Source: an uncultured virus (IMG/VR IMGVR_UViG_3300031884_000009) (Duplodnaviria > Heunggongvirae > Uroviricota > Caudoviricetes). From it: a DNA stretch of 20,000 bases. Where the stretch lies: IMG/VR virus record IMGVR_UViG_3300031884_000009; one strand, 5' to 3'. The first letter of the stretch is position 1. The number at the start of each line of letters is the position of its first letter. Under the pieces are notes generated by a model. The model had not been told where the DNA came from and searched no databases. It worked only from the letters and a program-made list of their open reading frames with translations. Below are positions 8,654 to 15,571 of this stretch, piece by piece. The translations under genes were made by a program, and so were the position numbers.

Positions 8654-8696
8654 AATGTTGATTCCTTTAATTTAGTTGAATTTGTACTACTTAGCT

Positions 8697-8705
8697 ATTA
8701 TAACA
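8697..8705 (-). promoter_or_regulatory. Extended -10 sigma70-type promoter for the SSB operon
   Basis: - strand TGTTATAAT (TGn-TATAAT) in the pol-SSB intergenic gap; no consensus -35. Confidence 0.65.
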
Positions 8706-8724
8706 TACTTTTACTTCTACTGCT

Positions 8725-10377
8725 TTAATGACAATCAGCCCATGTATGTCCTACTTTGTATTCTGCACCTACGGGACATCTAAACTTTAAAATCTCTCCT
8801 GATTCTCTTGCTGCTTGTACTACTAATTTACCTACTTGTTCTCCGTACTGTTCAGGTGTTTCTATTTGAACCTCGTCGTGACACCAGGTTACTAGCTTAT
8901 AAGGTATCTTTGCTGCTGTCAAGTTCTTTTTGATTTGAACAAGCCACTGCTTAGCGATGATAGCCCCTGCACTTTGTAGTAACGTGTTGAGCGACGAATG
9001 AGCCGACCTGACCTTAAGTTGATAACCATGAAGCCCAGGTAGTGTTCCCTTTTCAGCAAGGCGTTCAACTTTGGATTTAAGCCTCGCATACGCTGGTATT
9101 GCTTTACTGAAGCTATTGATAATGTTGGCTCCTTGCTTCGCAGTGCCACCAATAACTGTACCAATCTTGGTTGGGGATGCTCCGTACAAAGTCGCATAAA
9201 GGACAGTCTTCGCAAGGTCTCTCGTCTCAACCCCGAAAGCTTGCTGATTTCTCGTGTGGACATCACCGTTGACTGTCTCATTTATGTAGTCCAAGTCATT
9301 AAGGTAATGAGCAAAACAACGCAGTTCAATACCAGACAAGTCAACACCCACAAGGACATTCCCCTTATCAACCGTCCAACACGAACGGAACTCTGTACCC
9401 AAAGTAGCTCGCACTGCTGGCACCTGAGCCATATTAGGGCTACTATGGGTAGCTCTGCCAGTAACAGCACCAAAACCAATAACTTTACCATGAACTCTCC
9501 CGTCCTTTCCTAGTTTTTCTAACCATGAATCTAATTGTGATGCTCTCTTTTGTAATGTCAAATATCTTGCAATAGGTTTAGCTTCCTCAAGCTGTACATC
9601 AGCAAGTACCGTCTCATCGACAATAATCTGCCCCTTCTCTGTAGTCTTGGTAGGCTTCCAACCTTTAGACATAAGACGCTTAGCAATCTGTTGACGTGAG
9701 CCAATATTAAATGCTTCAACATCATCTTTAAGTCTTTTACCAGTCTTCTCCGATACACGCTCCGTAACAATCGGAGGGAATATGGCTTGTAAAGCTTCTT
9801 CAATCTGAGCCATCTCAGTTTTAATTTCACAGAGCAACGTCTGTGCATACGGTTCATCAAGCTTGAATCCATTACGTTCCATCTCCGATAGAATTACTTG
9901 TACTTCATACTCTAGTTTAATAGCTTCGTCGCTAATCTTGTTAGCATCTAATTCTTTCCATAACATATCATATACTTTAGATGTAAGCTCTACGTCTCTT
10001 TGACAATACTCAAGCATAGTATCTGTAAGCCCGTCGTCATAAGCATTAAAATCTAATTTATGATAACCAAGAGTTTTACCCCACGAGTCTAAACTGTGTC
10101 CTCCTTCTCTGCTTGAATCAGATAAACGAGATAAAAGTAAAGTATCTTGAAGTTGAGATTTTCTTATTTTCGTATTCCATAAACGATTAAGGAGATAAGC
10201 ATCAAAAGCAAAAATATTGTGTCCCACGATAGTAATAGCATTTTCTAAATATTCCTTCAACCCTGTAGGTTCTTTCCATACTTTAATCTCTCCAGTTTCA
10301 CGATGTAAAGTAACCACGCACCAGACTATGTCATGTGCTAGGTTGGTTTCAATATCGAGGACTAAAGTCTTAAGCAT
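8725..10377 (-). CDS. polA: Family A DNA polymerase with 3'-5' exonuclease domain (T7 gp5-like)
   Basis: Exo motifs DIETN, GHNIFAFD, YCQRDV; pol motifs DLSGIELR, RDLAKTVLYATLYG, CHDEV. Confidence 0.97.
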   Translation of the reverse strand: MLKTLVLDIETNLAHDIVWCVVTLHRETGEIKVWKEPTGLKEYLENAITIVGHNIFAFDAYLLNRLWNTKIRKSQLQDTLLLSRLSDSSREGGHSLDSWGKTLGYHKLDFNAYDDGLTDTMLEYCQRDVELTSKVYDMLWKELDANKISDEAIKLEYEVQVILSEMERNGFKLDEPYAQTLLCEIKTEMAQIEEALQAIFPPIVTERVSEKTGKRLKDDVEAFNIGSRQQIAKRLMSKGWKPTKTTEKGQIIVDETVLADVQLEEAKPIARYLTLQKRASQLDSWLEKLGKDGRVHGKVIGFGAVTGRATHSSPNMAQVPAVRATLGTEFRSCWTVDKGNVLVGVDLSGIELRCFAHYLNDLDYINETVNGDVHTRNQQAFGVETRDLAKTVLYATLYGASPTKIGTVIGGTAKQGANIINSFSKAIPAYARLKSKVERLAEKGTLPGLHGYQLKVRSAHSSLNTLLQSAGAIIAKQWLVQIKKNLTAAKIPYKLVTWCHDEVQIETPEQYGEQVGKLVVQAARESGEILKFRCPVGAEYKVGHTWADCH

Positions 10378-10517
10378 TACATCTTTTCACAAGAAACAAC
10401 TGTACCAAAATTAGTACACACCATCATTGTACCATCAGGCATAACAATCGTTGTAGTGCTCTGTGCCTGGGCTACTGTCACCAAACAAAACAACAATGTT
10501 GCAATAATAATCTTCAT
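10377..10517 (-). CDS. Small secreted protein, 46 aa, with signal peptide
   Basis: Not in track. MKIIIATLLFCLVTVAQA-QSTTTIVMPDGTMMVCTNFGTVVSCEKM*; AGGAG RBS; TAATG-coupled to polA. Confidence 0.7.
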   Translation of the reverse strand: MKIIIATLLFCLVTVAQAQSTTTIVMPDGTMMVCTNFGTVVSCEKM

Positions 10518-10756
10518 GGTTTAACTCCTATTATCCCACCACTTAGCCTATATGGATAAGCAGTCTTTCTATAAAAACAATATTCTATTTCATTTTTAAC
10601 AGAATAGAACGCTTGATAATTCATTGTATCATGGCATCTGTCATCACCTACATAGCTATTATACATTGCATCTTTGTGCATAATAACTATCCATACTACA
10701 TTACTTAGTAGGAACAGGAGGAGGAACAGGCTTTTCTTTTTTCTTAAATATCTCAT
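10514..10756 (-). CDS. Hypothetical membrane-anchored protein
   Basis: Basic N-terminus plus hydrophobic helix; start is ATG 10756 or TTG 10771. Confidence 0.55.
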   Translation of the reverse strand: MRYLRKKKSLFLLLFLLSNVVWIVIMHKDAMYNSYVGDDRCHDTMNYQAFYSVKNEIEYCFYRKTAYPYRLSGGIIGVKP

Positions 10757-10832
10757 CCCAGTTTTTCTCAAATTGTTCTTTCGGTATTGTTAATGGTCTT
10801 TGCCTATCGCCTTTGCCGCCAGTGCTTCTCAT
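10701..10832 (-). CDS. Small hypothetical protein, 43 aa (GKGxxxRP...NWDxIF type)
   Basis: Not in track. MRSTGGKGDRQRPLTIPKEQFEKNWDEIFKKKEKPVPPPVPTK*; AAGGA RBS; ATGA-coupled. Confidence 0.7.
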   Translation of the reverse strand: MRSTGGKGDRQRPLTIPKEQFEKNWDEIFKKKEKPVPPPVPTK

Positions 10833-11200
10833 AGTTTTCCTTTCTCGACTGCTTCATACCAGTCTTGTAAATATGTTATTAAAGATTCTTTACTGTTACC
10901 AATGAGGTTTAGTTTACCGTTACAGTTTAATACTTGTACTTTAGAAACGTATGCTTCTTCGTCAACATGACCTGTGATAATCAATACCGTATGAATTTTA
11001 GATAAAGATAATAACAGAATCTTTTGACCCATCGTCATCTTCTCACCTTCACGCTTCCATTCACCGAAGATAAACTTTCCTTTACGTTCAACTATCATGT
11101 CAATATTACTAGGCATGAAGTGAGGATTATCAGGAATCATTCCACGAAGGAAACCAAAGTCTACATGAGAAGCATTCGCATTACGCATAGCTGGTATCAT
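10829..11200 (-). CDS. Putative PD-(D/E)XK nuclease-like protein
   Basis: PSNIDMIVERKGKFIFGEWK fits a D-x(n)-E-x-K core. Confidence 0.55.
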   Translation of the reverse strand: MIPAMRNANASHVDFGFLRGMIPDNPHFMPSNIDMIVERKGKFIFGEWKREGEKMTMGQKILLLSLSKIHTVLIITGHVDEEAYVSKVQVLNCNGKLNLIGNSKESLITYLQDWYEAVEKGKL

Positions 11201-11201
11201 T

Positions 11202-11687
11202 TTAATTCATCCCATATCCACTGCATGTTCTATGGCAGTTTTCGTAAGACATCTCCCACCCTGCAGCCTCGTCTTTCAACGCCTCTATTTCTTTCATCTG
11301 GCTTAAATACGCTTCATCATGTAATAATTTGTCAGCTTTCAACGCCTCTATTTCAGCTTGTTGTTTGACAATTATTTTTTCTAAATCAGCAACATATTTA
11401 GGGTCTATTTCATTTGCGTTCATTTCTTTACCTTGTTCACGGAACATGAACTGCTCATTATTTTGAACACTAATTGACCTGTTCATCATTCCTTCTGCAT
11501 AACCTATTTGCTTTCCACGCTCAAAGGAATCTAAATAAAGCTGTTCTGCTGCAACTAACTGTGCTTTATCTTTGTCGTGCGTTTTGTACAAATATTCTAT
11601 TGTTTCTATTTGCTGATAAGCCCATAGTTGAATTTCCGAATCTGCTGTACCGTTTTTTAATGTTTGCAGTTTTCCGTGGTAGCTCAT
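11202..11687 (-). CDS. Hypothetical coiled-coil protein; apparent in-frame fusion of two cassettes (internal MNANE start at 11423)
   Basis: Starts at a junction repeat ATG; internal AAGG-TAAAGAA-ATGAACGCAAATGAA; two EIEALK modules. Confidence 0.7.
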   Translation of the reverse strand: MSYHGKLQTLKNGTADSEIQLWAYQQIETIEYLYKTHDKDKAQLVAAEQLYLDSFERGKQIGYAEGMMNRSISVQNNEQFMFREQGKEMNANEIDPKYVADLEKIIVKQQAEIEALKADKLLHDEAYLSQMKEIEALKDEAAGWEMSYENCHRTCSGYGMN

Positions 11688-11703
11688 TTATCTTGTGCCT
11701 TTC

Positions 11704-11796
11704 TTAACAATGGCTTGCTGAAAGTATTAAATAAAGAGCAATACCGCCAGCTATATAAATCATCACCCAAGATATTACGAAGTCTTTTGTGTTCAT
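11704..11796 (-). CDS. 30 aa single-TM peptide cassette
   Basis: Not in track. MNTKDFVISWVMIYIAGGIALYLILSASHC* starts and stops inside consecutive junction repeats. Confidence 0.65.
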   Translation of the reverse strand: MNTKDFVISWVMIYIAGGIALYLILSASHC

Positions 11797-12005
11797 TTCT
11801 CATTAGCCTTTCTTAACACAAACTGAATAAATTTAATCTCATCATAGCCAAGCCATATATCAAATTCTTCAGCTAATTTCAGTATTTCTTCTTTGTTTAG
11901 CGTCTTTGCTGGATGGGTATAGAGTGGAAGTGTATGAGCCATTCCATCTGTATAAAAAATATTTCCATCTTTATCCATCCACGCTACTGGTTCATTGTCC
12001 GTCAT
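11793..12005 (-). CDS. Hypothetical protein (EPVAWM...PLYTHP...LRKANEK)
   Basis: GAGG RBS; ends in a junction repeat. Confidence 0.75.
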   Translation of the reverse strand: MTDNEPVAWMDKDGNIFYTDGMAHTLPLYTHPAKTLNKEEILKLAEEFDIWLGYDEIKFIQFVLRKANEK

Positions 12006-12267
12006 AGCTAAACCTCAATTGTTCTTTTAACGCCTCTATTTCAGCATTAGCATCATCTAACAACGCTTTATTAGTTTCATTTTGAATGGCTATTTGTGAA
12101 TATTCATTTTCCCTATCCACGATTCTTGTTTGTAATGTTTCTATTTCAGCTTGTTGCTGGCGTAGCATAGTGGCTGCATTCATAACTAAATCTCTAGTAT
12201 CTGAATCACTAATAATTGGAGATTCTAAACAAACCCACAGTTCATCAATCAATTCATTTGCGTTCAT
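11992..12267 (-). CDS. Hypothetical coiled-coil protein (MNANE...MLRQQQAEIE)
   Basis: True start is the repeat ATG at 12267, not 12357. Confidence 0.75.
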   Translation of the reverse strand: MNANELIDELWVCLESPIISDSDTRDLVMNAATMLRQQQAEIETLQTRIVDRENEYSQIAIQNETNKALLDDANAEIEALKEQLRFSYDGQ

Positions 12268-12283
12268 TTCTCTTGTGCCTTTC

Positions 12284-12490
12284 TTAAACTGATAATGGTT
12301 CTTCAATAATCCAATCCAAACCATTGCCTTTGTTTTCAGGCAAAGTTGGAATATCACGCCACATATAATCTATTTGCGATTCGTAAGGTGCATCAGGAAT
12401 TGGCACATATAATCCCCATGCTTGCTGAAGAATCGGCATTTCACCACGCATTACATAACGCAAAGGTGTTAAAGGTTTCCAATATTTCAT
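12284..12490 (-). CDS. Hypothetical protein cassette
   Basis: Starts at a repeat ATG; its stop is the leading TAA of the next repeat. Confidence 0.7.
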   Translation of the reverse strand: MKYWKPLTPLRYVMRGEMPILQQAWGLYVPIPDAPYESQIDYMWRDIPTLPENKGNGLDWIIEEPLSV

Positions 12491-12864
12491 TTTTCATTAG
12501 CCTTTCCTCTTTTAATAAAGCCACATGCACAGCTTGAACATGATATTGCGTCATGCTTTGCTTTCAACGCCTCTATTTCAGCTTGTTGCTGGCGTAGCAT
12601 GGCTTCAGATTTTTGAATTATTGAGTATTCAAATTTAGACATACCATCTTGAAGCGTATCCATCTGACTTAATTGTTGAGCTAGTTCATTTGCGTTCATT
12701 TCTCTTGTGCCTTTCTTAGTATTTCTTAGTATTTCTTCGTACTTATCTAGCTCTTCGTCCGTTGTTCTTCCTACATAAACATCTTTATTATCAGGGTCTC
12801 GGATAAAACGTAGTTTAAGTAAGTCAAGGATTTCTAAATCACGATATAGCATTTTAGTAGTCAT
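12487..12864 (-). CDS. Hypothetical protein; fusion of two cassettes across a junction repeat (second start at 12699)
   Basis: Reads through the repeat as KKGTREM because of a 10-bp duplication at 12712-12731. Confidence 0.7.
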   Translation of the reverse strand: MTTKMLYRDLEILDLLKLRFIRDPDNKDVYVGRTTDEELDKYEEILRNTKKGTREMNANELAQQLSQMDTLQDGMSKFEYSIIQKSEAMLRQQQAEIEALKAKHDAISCSSCACGFIKRGKANEK

Positions 12865-12890
12865 TTCTCTTGTGCCTTTCTTAAATTAGG

Positions 12891-12975
12891 GGTTGACTGT
12901 GCAGACGGTAGCCAACCAATACCGTTAGCAATCGAGCGAGTTGTCTCACTCCAAGCACTACACTTGCTTTGCTAA
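12891..12975 (-). ncRNA. Candidate structured RNA (three-way junction with pseudoknot)
   Basis: P1 GUGUAG/CUGCAC, P2 GAGUGAG/CUCGCUC, P3 ACGGUA/UACCGU; loop GGUUGGC pairs with 3' GUCAACC; G-U pairs all favour the - strand. Confidence 0.55.
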
Positions 12976-13218
12976 TCATTTCTCTTGTGCTTTCTTTAGT
13001 ATTGCTCTAGCAAAAACTAACTGTCTTTCTGCGGTGGAATTATTTGAAAATACATCAAGCCAAATATCACATATCTCATCATCACTTAACTCACGAGGTT
13101 TTGTGGATAATTGACCGCCCTCAAATGCCATAGCAATCAGCTTTCTAATCTCAGGACTGACCGCCATCTGAGTTATGTTTGCATCCCACCAACGGGTAAA
13201 TGGAGATTGATAGTTCAT
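12976..13218 (-). CDS. Hypothetical protein (LSDDEI...FARAILKKAQEK)
   Basis: Starts and ends in junction repeats. Confidence 0.75.
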   Translation of the reverse strand: MNYQSPFTRWWDANITQMAVSPEIRKLIAMAFEGGQLSTKPRELSDDEICDIWLDVFSNNSTAERQLVFARAILKKAQEK

Positions 13219-13427
13219 TTCTCTTGTGCCTTTCTTAGTATTGCTCTAGCAAACTGAATTCCATCACTTTCTAACACCAAATCACTATAACGCCATAAAT
13301 TGTCATCTTGAAATACTTGTGCAATTTCTGCATCTGTTAGTGTTTTTACTTTATTGGTTTTAAGTCCTTCAGCATACCCAAACGCTTTACCACGCTCAAA
13401 AACTTCTAATACTAATTTCTCACTCAT
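13215..13427 (-). CDS. Hypothetical protein (LTDAEI...FARAILRKAQEK)
   Basis: ATGA-coupled to the helicase; ends in a junction repeat. Confidence 0.75.
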   Translation of the reverse strand: MSEKLVLEVFERGKAFGYAEGLKTNKVKTLTDAEIAQVFQDDNLWRYSDLVLESDGIQFARAILRKAQEK

Positions 13428-15001
13428 AATACATCCTCCATTTCAAGCATTCGTCCAGAGTCTTTATTGTATAACAACGAAGCACAATGGGGTGAAGTTA
13501 ATCCTGAAAATCTATTTTTTAAAATGGAAACCCTGGTAGTGTTGCGTTCAATAGGGTCTTCAGCTTGAGCATTACGAACCAATCCAATAACAATGTCACT
13601 AAGTTGGGCGATAGAAGCAGAACCACGCAACTGAGACAATGATGTCGCAGCCCCTTCCTCATGTCCCTTACTATCTGGCCTCTTCAGATGTGACACAGCA
13701 ATAAGACACACTCCAGTTTCTTGAACTAACATACGCAACTTCGTCATTAACTCATCAATAGCCTTGCGCTCATCACCGTTAGATTGTGCAGAAATAATCA
13801 TTGAAATATGGTCTAAAAAGATATACTTGCAATCTGCTGCTTTAGCGAAGTATCGAATACGATTCATCACGTTGTCAATATCCGTAGAACCAAAGTTATC
13901 CCATAAATACAATCTATCTGTACCCATCGTAGCATCAAAGGACTGCTTGAGTTCTTCATTACTTACTAAAGTGTCAGGTAAATGTAAAGGTTTGTTCAAG
14001 TGTAAAGACATAATACTTCTCGCTGTCTTACGTACAGATTCTTCCATAAACATTAAGCCAATGTTAGAGTCTGTAGTCTGTATCAAGTGCCAGAGAATCT
14101 CACGCAAGAATTGAGACTTACCTAGTCCTGAACCTGCACAGACTGTGATAAGCTCTGCTGGACGGATTCCATAGGTAAGCTCGTTGACTCCTGCCCAAGG
14201 ATAGAGGGCTGACGATTTCTCCACAGGTCTATTAACTTCTTCCCATAACGAAGAACCTGCGATAATTCCATCCGGTGTCCATTGCTCTGCTGCCCACCAT
14301 TGCTTAACATAATCAGCTCCTTTACCTACTGCAAGATAATCACAAGCATCTTTAAAACCTGCTACGTGCTTCACAATCTTACACTTGCTACCTAGAATCT
14401 CTGCTACTTCATTCGCTGCCTTCTGTCCAGGCTCATCAGCATCAAAGCAGATATAGATATTCTCAAAGGAAGATAACCACTCATAAGAGGCTTTAACGTC
14501 CTTTAGAGCTGCTTGTGCTCCGTTACGTACTGAGACATTAGCGTACTTGCTACCACTCATCTGGAACCCTGCTAGGGCATCTAGCTCACCTTCATGGATA
14601 GTGACAGTCTTACCGCCTTTAGGAAATAACTGCTGACCGAATAAAGTCGTATGTTTCCACTCTCCAGAGATACCAAAAGTCTTATGCTCAACATTACGAT
14701 TCTTGGTAGCTACAATAATACCTTCTGCATCTGCGTAGGGATAGAACTGTGAAGTCCCATCTTGAGTTACTCCGTAATATTGGCAAGTATCTCGTGTGAT
14801 GCCTCTGTCGCTAATCGACATAATACTGCCTTTAACTTCTAACATATTCTTCTTCCTTGTAGGTGCAACATAACTTTCTGTTCCATCGCCTTTAATGTGA
14901 TTACCACACACATGACAATATTCGTGATGGTCATCATACAATGAATTCCCATCGGAGCTACCGCATTTAAGACATGGAATGTGCTTAAGGAAATTAGACA
15001 C
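13424..15001 (-). CDS. DNA primase/helicase (T7 gp4-like)
   Basis: Zn finger CLKC...CHVC; TOPRIM EGELD and CFDADEPG; Walker A AGSGLGKS; FLDHIS; LRGSASIAQLSD; KNRF. Confidence 0.97.
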   Translation of the reverse strand: MSNFLKHIPCLKCGSSDGNSLYDDHHEYCHVCGNHIKGDGTESYVAPTRKKNMLEVKGSIMSISDRGITRDTCQYYGVTQDGTSQFYPYADAEGIIVATKNRNVEHKTFGISGEWKHTTLFGQQLFPKGGKTVTIHEGELDALAGFQMSGSKYANVSVRNGAQAALKDVKASYEWLSSFENIYICFDADEPGQKAANEVAEILGSKCKIVKHVAGFKDACDYLAVGKGADYVKQWWAAEQWTPDGIIAGSSLWEEVNRPVEKSSALYPWAGVNELTYGIRPAELITVCAGSGLGKSQFLREILWHLIQTTDSNIGLMFMEESVRKTARSIMSLHLNKPLHLPDTLVSNEELKQSFDATMGTDRLYLWDNFGSTDIDNVMNRIRYFAKAADCKYIFLDHISMIISAQSNGDERKAIDELMTKLRMLVQETGVCLIAVSHLKRPDSKGHEEGAATSLSQLRGSASIAQLSDIVIGLVRNAQAEDPIERNTTRVSILKNRFSGLTSPHCASLLYNKDSGRMLEMEDVL

Positions 15002-15563
15002 TTAAATAATCTCCCCATTGTTGTGCTATCGCATCAGCGATTCCTTGGTAAGTAGTGCTGCGTAGTTTCCATCTATCAGGGCTAGGAGGCATTTTGTGCA
15101 CTTTAGCTTCTCTGCCTTCAACAATATTAGTAGGAACAAGTTTAGGTAAGTTTTTAAGCCATAGACAAGTTGCTTTAGTTTCTCCATGCCCGAACTGCCA
15201 AGGCTGTATTATCTGGTCAGGTTTTCTAATTTTACTAGAAATCACGCTAATAGGATTTTCTAAAGCAATATGTTTAATATTTGCATCAAGTAGTTTACGA
15301 ACAAAATCTAAAGCCTCTGCCTGTTCTACCACCTTGTCTTTAAACCATCTTGAACCAGAAACTGCTAAGTGCGTGCAAGGTGGGTGAGCAACCATCAAAG
15401 AAAAACCATTATCAATAATATCAAATACATCTCCTTGATAATGAGGCCCAGGGACATCAGTAGGAAGTAAGTCGCATGAAATAGCATCAAAGCCTCTTTT
15501 AATAAAAGCATCTCTAACTCTACCACTATATTCACACGCTACAAGTATTTTAATTTTAGACAT
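14994..15563 (-). CDS. Short phage C5-cytosine methyltransferase-like protein
   Basis: HPPC catalytic motif IV and LENP motif VI; atypical motif I (VACEYSG). Confidence 0.75.
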   Translation of the reverse strand: MSKIKILVACEYSGRVRDAFIKRGFDAISCDLLPTDVPGPHYQGDVFDIIDNGFSLMVAHPPCTHLAVSGSRWFKDKVVEQAEALDFVRKLLDANIKHIALENPISVISSKIRKPDQIIQPWQFGHGETKATCLWLKNLPKLVPTNIVEGREAKVHKMPPSPDRWKLRSTTYQGIADAIAQQWGDYLSV

Positions 15564-15571
15564 AATTTTCT

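Larger units (their letters stand above)
11684..13237 (-). repeat. Eight copies of a 23-bp gene-junction repeat, consensus TAAGAAAGGCACAAGAGAAATGA (- strand)
   Basis: Copies at 11684-11706, 11793-11815, 12264-12286, 12487-12509, 12696-12718, 12861-12883, 12976-12998 and 13215-13237; a ninth at 16734-16756. Confidence 0.95.

Noticed and set aside
12268..12357. N-terminal extension of the 11992 ORF to 12357
   Set aside because: It overlaps the upstream cassette gene; the repeat RBS/ATG at 12267 is the parsimonious start.
12891..12975. tRNA, hammerhead or HDV-like/theta ribozyme identity for the structured segment
   Set aside because: No T-loop or D-loop consensus, no CUGAnGA/GAAA core, and no HDV-type short P3/L3 or J4/2 linker.
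11684..13237. Junction repeats as a CRISPR array
   Set aside because: Intervals are about 85-450 bp, irregular and mostly protein-coding; the repeat is not palindromic; no cas genes are present.
11202..13427. Diversity-generating retroelement or classical integron
   Set aside because: No reverse transcriptase or integrase in the window, no long TR/VR pair with adenine-specific differences, and no attC-like inverted repeats.
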